A DNA stretch of 26,941 nucleotides, from positions 4,603,738 through 4,630,678 of the forward strand of contig NC_057752.1 in NCBI RefSeq assembly GCF_004010195.1, written 5' to 3'. Below, piece after piece: positions 20,161 through 26,941 of the stretch (the stretch's first letter is position 1; each line of letters opens with the position of its first letter). Under the pieces are notes generated by a model. The model was not told where the DNA came from and searched no databases. It was given only the letters and a program-made list of their open reading frames with translations. A program made the translations under genes and the position numbers. The DNA comes from Chiloscyllium plagiosum. Taxonomy: Eukaryota.

Positions 20161-21005
20161 TCGAGGAAGACGACATTTCTGGTGGGGTTTTTTTTTATAT
20201 ATATGATGGAAAAAAGCTGCATCGATGGACCATCTGTGACTGCTGGTCATGGAGGGAAATGGCCTCCTGACCACCAACTGGAGCTTGTTAACACTTGGAT
20301 GTGAGGCCTCCAATTTGTAACAAACAGGAATGAAAACAAATCCGGAGGGAAAAAGTAAACCTTTTCTTTTTCCCCGTGCTTGCAATAATACTTTCCTGCA
20401 TGTTCCGGTCTCTGGAATGCTGTTTGTCACAGTTGATAAATTTTGACAGCTGCTCCAGTGCAAAGCTGGAGTTTGGGATGGGGTGCAGAGGGGGAGGCGA
20501 ACAGAGACACATTACTTGCTCCTCCACGCAGCAGCACCTTTGAGATTTCTTTCGGAGAACAGCATGGAGTTTCAGAGTTAGCCCGCCGTCCTTGCTGATT
20601 GCCAGTGTGAAGATGGTCACTTCATAAACCACAAGGAGTCTTAGCTTTAAGTGGTGTGGCTGCAGACACAAAACACATGGAAACCTGGATCTCTGACCCT
20701 GAAGGCCAGTGGCACTGTGGGAGAGCCAGAGCTTATGACAGTGACTGCTTCTTGTTGGGCATGGAGAGATATGGAACAAACTTGGGCAAATAAAGTGGAG
20801 GTGTGTGTCACCCATGATTCAACTGAAAGGCAGAACATTCCCAAAGGGCTGAACGACCACCCCCTGTTGCTAAAGATGTCCTTTATACAACAGGTACAAG
20901 CCCAGGAGACCATTCAGCCGGGATTACCATGCACTGGGGTAATGTGCAGCAATTGAAGCCTCACTCTTCCCAGAGTGTGTTTAAAGTTCCCCAATGTAAC
21001 GGATT

Positions 21006-21130
21006 CCTGAAGAAGGGCTAATGCCAGAAACGTCAATTTTCCTGCTCCTCGGATGCTGCCTGACCTGCTGCACTTTTCCAGCACCACGCTTTTCGACTCT
21101 GGTCTCCAGCATCTGCAGTCCTCACTTTCT
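21006..21130 (+). mobile_element. 125-bp non-autonomous retroelement with a minimal hammerhead-ribozyme motif, flanked by a 16-bp TSD
   Basis: CTGAAGA (21007-21013), a GGC-taat-GCC stem, GAAA (21027-21030) and CGTC. Flanks are cccaatgtaacggatt (20990-21005) and cccaatgtcacggatt (21131-21146). Confidence 0.85.
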
Positions 21131-21627
21131 CCCAATGTCACGGATTGTCCACGTGAGTGTGACAATAAGCACAGACCAGGTTTCTCACACGCTCTCACGC
21201 GCGCACAAACACACACGGAAAACAGATTATTGGCGGGGGTAAGAATACAGTCCTTCCTGGTTCCCGTGTGGAGATAATCCATTTCCCTGTGGCCAGTCCC
21301 CTTGCAGTTCAAGAAAGGCCTCCCTGGAACCTTCCCCAGGTTTGTAACAGCGGCCATTCCCTTTTTGACTGCGAAGAACAAAGCGTCTGGTCCGGGGGAG
21401 GATCTGCGTCCCTCTCTCTCTCTCTCTCTCTGTAAGTTGTTGCCAGTTCCAAACTGCTCAGCCAGCCGCGAACCAACCACACGGCTGTTGGCGAGCAGAA
21501 AGTCTCCGTCATTGATAATGGACCAATCGGCTCCTTGCGACCAACAGGAGCTGCGTCAGTCCAATCTGAAAGACAACTCCTGCGTGTTCACACTGCTCTT
21601 CCCAGTGCCTGTCCCAGAACGTTTCTG

Positions 21628-21728
21628 GTGCGGTGGTAGTATCCCTGCCTCTCAGTCAGGAGGCACAGGGTGAAGTCCCACCTGCCCCAGAGGTGCGTCA
21701 TAACGCATCTGAGCTGTTTAATTAAAAA
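21628..21728 (+). mobile_element. Short tRNA-head SINE
   Basis: Box A-like tggtgcggtgg and box B-like gggtgaagtccc; second copy at 18985-19079. Confidence 0.65.
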
Positions 21729-21744
21729 GAAGTCCAACCCTTCA

Positions 21745-21897
21745 TATCTCCTCTCAACCTGCTCTTCTCCATGGAAAACAGCTGGAGTTTCTCTCGTCTC
21801 CCTGGAACCCCTCATGCCTGAAAACTTCTCATCAATCTTTGATGCACCTTTCCTGATGCTTTCACATCCTCCCCTCTGTGTGCTGCCCAGAGCCATC
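21745..21897 (-). mobile_element. Old CR1 fragment
   Basis: tctcctctcaacctgctcttctcc..ggaaaacagc..cccctcatgcctg..tgcacc..ttcacatcctcc..gcccaga resembles reverse-strand CR1 ORF2. Confidence 0.5.
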
Positions 21898-22113
21898 GCT
21901 TCTGATGTGGTTCCGCCAAACCTCTTCAAAACAAAGATGAAAACGGATCGCTTTTCCAGTCGATCCACAAACAAAACAGTCACAGTGCAAGAGAAGGCCA
22001 TCCCGCCCATTGGACTCAAAGGGACCTGCCCTGCTGGCAGCTTGCTCTCCTCCTCCAATGAGGTTCAACCCTCCAATCCACCCACCTCATCCCTGGAACG
22101 ATTCCCATCAATA

Positions 22114-22441
22114 GGAAGGCGATGGCCGAGTGGGATTATTGCTGGACTGTTAATCCAGAGACCCGGGTCACATTCTGGGAATCCACGTTCAAATGCCACC
22201 ACGACAGATGGTGGAATTTGAATGCAATAACTTCCAGAAATTAACAGAATAATGATAACCATGAATCCATTGTCAGGAAAACCCCATCTGGAAGGAAACT
22301 GCCATCCTTACCTGGTCAGGTCTCCATGTGACTCCAGACCCACAGCGATGGGGTTGGCTCTTAACCACCCTCTGGGCAATAAATACTGCCTGCCCAGCGA
22401 CGGCCTCGTCCCTTGAATGAATAATGAAAAGAAAAAAAAAA
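22114..22441 (+). mobile_element. Near full-length tRNA-type SINE with LINE-derived tail and A-rich end
   Basis: Box A-like tggccgagtgg, box B-like gttcaaatgcc, body shared with 10547-10773, tail gggcaataaatactg..gaatgaat followed by an A-rich run. Confidence 0.85.
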
Positions 22442-22603
22442 GTTTCTACCCCAGAGTTTCAGCTGTGGTCCTCAGGATCGTGCATTACTGTGATGCACAC
22501 CGCAGCCGAATAACCCGCCTACAGATATATTAGCAACACAATTGGAGATTTCCGAGTTGTTGGGGGCAGGGGAGTGGCGATGGATTGACGTTTCCCACAC
22601 ACA

Positions 22604-22712
22604 CCCCCAACACCCCCCTCCCCCTCCCCCCCCCCCCCCCCCACCACCACCACATTCCTCCCCAAGCATTCATCACACTCCGACACCAAGACCCCACCCC
22701 GCCCCCCCACCT
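22604..22712 (-). repeat. C-rich low-complexity tract (G-quadruplex potential on the minus strand)
   Basis: Multiple runs of four or more C with short spacers. Confidence 0.7.
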
Positions 22713-23191
22713 CCTCGGGGAGTGAAAACTAACCCGAAATGAAGCAAGTAGCCAACGTGTTAACTGGAGCAAAATAATGGTTGGCAGAACTGCGACCTGC
22801 AAACCACAACGGAAAGCTGCATTTGCATAGCGCCGTTTAACGCCCAGGGTCTCTCCACAGGGCGAAGGGAGCAAATGGCGAGAGCTCCCACCATTGGCTG
22901 CTTGCTGTACTTTCCTGTGGGAAGCGGGGCTGAGATTAGGGAGAGGCTCTGTAGGCCTCCATCCCGGCATCAGTCAGTATGCTCAGGACAGGAGGCGAAG
23001 ATTGGCCAAAACCGAAAGGGTGGGTAGTTGCGGAGACGCGGGGAGGACTCCACTCAGACCGAGTCACACAAGTGCCTGGCAATAAAGCTACAGACCACAG
23101 GAAGGCAATTGCAGTTTGAACTGTTGCCCCCCCCCCCCACCACAAACATCACAAAGAAATGACACGAATCCTCAAGAGCTGCAACATGCGA

Positions 23192-23376
23192 AGAATGAAC
23201 TGCTGCAGGAAGTGGTGGATGTGGGTACAGTTATAACATTTAAAAGACATTTGGATAAGGACATGAAGAGGAGAGGTTTGGAGGGATATGGGCCGGGAGC
23301 AGGCAGGTGGGACTAGGTTAGTTTGGGATTATGGACTGGTTGGGCCGAAGGGTCTGTTTCCCTGCTGTATGAGTCC
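23192..23376 (+). mobile_element. CR1 LINE 3' fragment
   Basis: NELLQEVVDVGTVITFKRHLDKDM..GYGPGAGRWD plus tail. Confidence 0.93.
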
Positions 23377-23904
23377 CACAAAGTAAATCCCAGGCAGGAA
23401 TCCCAATGATATGACACAGATCCTGAGGTACCGTTCCGCTGTTTTCTCAATCAGTATTCTGTTTCGCTTGCCATCAATCTCTTCCCTTTCTGGACAGAAG
23501 TTTTATTTCAATGCTCCTACTGAATGTTATGGCTCTACAAAAAAGAGCCACTTTCCGAAACCAGGGAATTTTCTAACCCGTACCAAAGCAGACCTGTTTT
23601 CCCCAATACACAGTTATCATGCCAGGTATTGGTTCAGTCTGTAGTGGTGAACTGGCAGAACGAAACATGGGCACAGGGGGCATCATTCTTGGCCACTCAC
23701 TTAGCAACCTCAGCACAAAGGTTGGGGCGGGCATGGCAGGAGGGGGTGGGGGGGTTAAAGTTGAAAGTACAGAAACTAAAAATCAAAATCCGAGTACTGA
23801 AAGTCGGCCCACAGTAAGCAAAAATTTTCATTCATGTTGTGCCTTCATGTAGTTAGGTGTCCCAAGTTGATTGACAGGAGGAATACTAAATGCGACATCA
23901 GGGC

Positions 23905-24317
23905 AGCTGGGGCTGTTTTCCCTGGAGCATCGGAGGCTGAGGGGTGACCTTATCGAGGTTTATAAAATCATGAGGGGCATAGATAGGGTAAATAGACAAG
24001 GGCTTTTCCCTGGGGCGGGGGAGTCCAGAACTAGAGGGGCATAGGTTTAGGGTGAGAGGGGAAAGATATAAAAGAGACCTACAGGGCAACTTTTTCACGC
24101 AGAGGGTGGTACATGTATGGAATGAGCAGCCAGAGGATGTGGTGGAGGCTGGTACAATTGCAACATTTAAGAGGCATCTGGATGGGTACATGGATAGGAA
24201 GGGTTTGGAGGGATATGGGCCGGGTGCTGGCAGGTGGGACTAGATTGGGTTGGGATATCTAGACGAGTTGGGCCAAAAAGGGTCTGTTTCCGAGCTGTAC
24301 ATCTCTGTGACTCCATG
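23905..24317 (+). mobile_element. CR1 LINE 3' fragment
   Basis: RGERYKRDLQGNFFTQRVVHVWNEQPEDVVEAG plus tail catctctgtgactccatg. Confidence 0.96.
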
Positions 24318-25447
24318 GCTGCAGTCAGCAATTGATAATCCTCACTCGTTGCACAGATTGCTTCCAATCTAGTCGCTTTGTAAAAATGAAAGGAAAAAGG
24401 TTCCAGGGATCAAGTTTCCATGAGCACTAGGTACCTCCTCTGTGCTTTCCAAGGAACAGCTCAGCTTCCTATCGAAGCCTAGGTTCACTGCTGCTTCCTT
24501 TGTCTTGTTAAAGCACTTGGTCCACTCGAAGCTTTTCAAAAAACAAGTCCCAGTTAACAAACAAAAACACTGTCAAGGCTGAATTGACACTGTCAACACT
24601 GGCTCCAGAACCACGTTGTGTTAGTTCAGTTCCCTAAAAGTCATGCCCACTAACAATTTCACTCAGTGCAGACTGACTGAACAAAGTGTTCCTCTCCGAT
24701 GACTAACATAGATCCACAGAATGAACTGTTCATCAGGACTCCGAGTTTAGCTCCTGATAGAGCCGTTTAAATATAGACAAGTCAGGGTTTGTGGTTGCGT
24801 GAACGTATCTGACCATCACTGCCAATGCAGTTACCACTAGCAACAGAATCGCCGGTTCCGATGCAATCACCACTGCCGCTACCAAAAGCATCACCAGTGC
24901 CAACACCAGTACCAGCCCCACTGTCACAGCTATCGCCAGTGCCAACACCACATTGTGTACAAGAAACTGTAGGGAATTGAAAAGATTGATTCCTGAGCCC
25001 CAGTTCACGTTAGGCCACAAGACACATGTACACCTGACAAATGCAGCATAAACAGCTCAATACCCAGACTGTAGCCTGGGGCAAGGTTGGGTTTTTAAAA
25101 AGAAGGTATTGAGATGGAAGTTGTGGTTTGGAATCGAAAGATGGGTAGATGGCCTGAATGGTTGCGGTCCCCTCAAAATCTGGGGTCACATTTGTGAATT
25201 GGATAGGAAATCACATCAGACTGAATTATCGCTGCCAATGGGTCTCTTGAACAAGAGGAAAGATACTTTCGCAGCAACATCAAGACTCCATCCAGCACGT
25301 GGATACAATTGGTGAAGTGAAGGGATGTGGTTTAATCAGACCAGAAGGTGTAGAAGCAGAGGTAGGCCATTCAGTCCATCCAGTATGTTCTGTCATTCAA
25401 TCTTGGTCAATGTGGTCATCAACGCCACTTTCTTATGTTTTCCCTTA

Positions 25448-25920
25448 CGGGTAGTTCTCATAACAAGATGGCGACCCCACATTCTAACGAAACATCGCTT
25501 AAAGTGTTGGTGATGTAATCCCATTACAGCCAATCCACGTTTCAAAAGTTCGCACTGTACATTTACATTACATTACATTACATTACAGTGTGGAAACAGG
25601 CCCTTCGGCCCAACAAGTCCACACCGACCCGCCGAAGCGCAACTCACCCATACCCCTACATTTACCCCTTACCTAACACTATGGGCAATTTAGCACGGCC
25701 AATTCACCTGACCTGCACATCTTTGGACTGTGGGAGGAAACCGGAGCACCCAGAGGAAACCCACGCAGACACGGGGAGAACGTGCAAACTCCACACAGAC
25801 AGTCGCCTGAGGCAGGAATTGAACCCGGGTCTCTGGCGCTGTGAGGCAGTGGTCCTGATTTGCCAATCGCGTTACAGTGATTTGACGCTAATGAAATGTG
25901 TGTTATAGCAGAATGATCTG
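25448..25920. mobile_element. Tc1/mariner(Tigger)-like MITE with TA TSD, carrying an HE1 SINE
   Basis: TA at 25446-25447 and 25921-25922. Left end cgggtagttctcataaca versus the reverse complement of the right end cagatcattctgctataaca gives an imperfect TIR. Confidence 0.55.
25559..25851 (-). mobile_element. HE1-type V-SINE, 5'-truncated (no box A), with (TGTAA)n tail
   Basis: Near-identical to 11946-12274 over its body; the tail reads (cattaca)-like repeats on the plus strand. Confidence 0.95.
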
Positions 25921-26663
25921 TAATTCCCTGACTGATTAAAATCTGTCCGTGTCAGTCTCAAATATACTGAATGACCCGGCCTCCACAGCCCTCTGTGGTA
26001 AAGAATTCCACGGGTTCTCTCCCCTCAGAGAGGAAATTCCTCCTCCTGGTCCTAAATGGGTGCAACCTTATTCTGAGATGCTGCTGCCTGGTGCGAGACT
26101 CTCCCCTGAGGGGAAACAAACTCTCCCCATCTCCCCCCCCCCGTCAAGTCTCCCAAAGGCCCTTGTATGTCTCAATAAGATCACCTTAATCTTCTGAACC
26201 CCAGTGAGTACAGGCACTCCAGCACAATACTTAGTGTAAACCACTTTTCTGGGATTTCCAAAACATTCCTTTGAAAGGCAAACTTGTGGTCATGCCCTGG
26301 CACTACCTTGGGCACAGTGCCACACACAGAGAGACGCTTGACTGGATAAGGGGGTGGCGAATTGTGTATCACCTTGCTGTTCCCATAGGTTCAGACTGAC
26401 CCAGCGACTAGAAGTCGCCAGTCGCAAAAAACAACAATGTCAAGTCGCTTTCCTTCCAGCCTCTCGGAGTCCTGGGGAAACAGGGTCTGCAGCCGGAATG
26501 AGCATTCCCCACAGCGACCCCCCCGGACTCCCCAGAGCCAGGGTTTTTCCCTGTGCTGAGGAGACGGAGGAGAGGAAAGCAGTTCAGAGCTTTCATCCTG
26601 TCAGCTCCTGCACCCCACCCCCACTCCCGGGAACGAAGGCAGAGCCGCCGGTCTCTTACTCAC

Positions 26664-26685
26664 CCCCTGCACAGCAACAGCTCAT
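26664..26685 (-). CDS. Candidate alternative first coding exon (MSCCCAG, phase 1)
   Basis: ATG at 26685-26683, 22 coding nt, then donor GG|GTGAGTAAG (GT at 26663-26662). Weak Kozak context (ccgATGa). Confidence 0.3.
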
Positions 26686-26849
26686 CGGCACCCGTGGCCT
26701 GGAAACAACTCCCCCCACCCCCCAACTCTTCCTGAACTTGTAGATCCCACACACTGAGAGCTGTGGTCTTCAGAGAAGAGGCTTGCCGAGTGAGGCGCAG
26801 ACCTGCCCCGCTCACTGCCCCTGCTGCATTTAACTGTTTCCTTACTCAC

Positions 26850-26913
26850 CCTCTTCCTCTGGCAGGCCCTCACTCCCAGGGCTGACTCTCCCAGCTTCCG
26901 CTTCAGTCCTCAT
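26850..26913 (-). CDS. Candidate first coding exon (MRTEAEAGRVSPGSEGLPEEE, phase 1) of a minus-strand gene
   Basis: gccATGa context at 26913, a 64-nt open frame, consensus donor AGG|GTGAGTAAG (GT at 26849-26848), and GC/CpG-richer surroundings. No downstream exon was identified in the window. Confidence 0.5.
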
Positions 26914-26941
26914 GGCCTTCAGCAACTGCCCTCCCCCCCCC

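Larger units (their letters stand above)
25352..26215 (-). mobile_element. CR1-family 3' region interrupted by a MITE
   Basis: Tail agcagaggtaggccattcag..ttttccct (to 25445) resumes at 25921 as taattccctgactgattaaaatctg..gcctccacagccctctgtggtaaagaattccac. Confidence 0.75.

Noticed and set aside
20914..22221. Longest non-gap ORFs (188, 183, 156 aa)
   Set aside because: They run across SINE/LINE/microsatellite pieces and show no recognisable domain.
23390..23416. Minus-strand YHWD resembling GUCD1 exon 2
   Set aside because: The context reads SYHWDSCLG rather than LYHWDCGLAC, has no good acceptor, and abuts a CR1 tail; treated as chance.
24700..24765. Minus-strand CTGATGA followed by a short stem (possible second hammerhead)
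   Set aside because: The stem is followed by GGAU instead of the invariant GAAA.
24733..25050. Very hydrophobic minus-strand ORF (looks like two TM helices) and a Thr/Ala/Ser-rich plus frame
   Set aside because: Both come from a degenerate (acc/gcc/atc)-type triplet repeat. The plus frame has a stop at 24800-24802, and no convincing splice sites or ATG were found.

Overview
Eukaryotic, mostly non-coding DNA, very probably from a cartilaginous fish: the repeats resemble the shark HE1 V-SINE, CR1/HER1-type LINE 3' ends, a SacSINE1-like DeuSINE and Penelope-associated repeats. Family names come from recalled consensus motifs, not a database search. From left to right the window holds: a decayed Gypsy LTR retrotransposon (1-2188; RT core and RNase H deleted, a CR1 fragment nested inside, 3' LTR recognisable), a minisatellite running into a 500-N assembly gap (2439-3644), and about 23 kb of nested LINE/SINE/MITE relics mixed with unique, motif-rich sequence. 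At the CpG-richer right end are two identical consensus splice donors on the minus strand, each closing a short ATG-initiated phase-1 frame (MRTEAEAG...EEE and MSCCCAG). This suggests alternative first exons of a minus-strand gene, making most of the window its first intron. I found no complete protein-coding gene; nearly all ORF-track entries are repeat-derived or chance. The most notable items are the paired candidate first exons, a 125-bp hammerhead-type retroelement with a 16-bp target-site duplication, a 50-bp TIR/TSD micro-element, a ~50-bp-arm hairpin, a five-CCAAT plus perfect DR1 cluster, and a 28-bp micro-inversion inside a CR1. I cannot support a wholly new biological system here.
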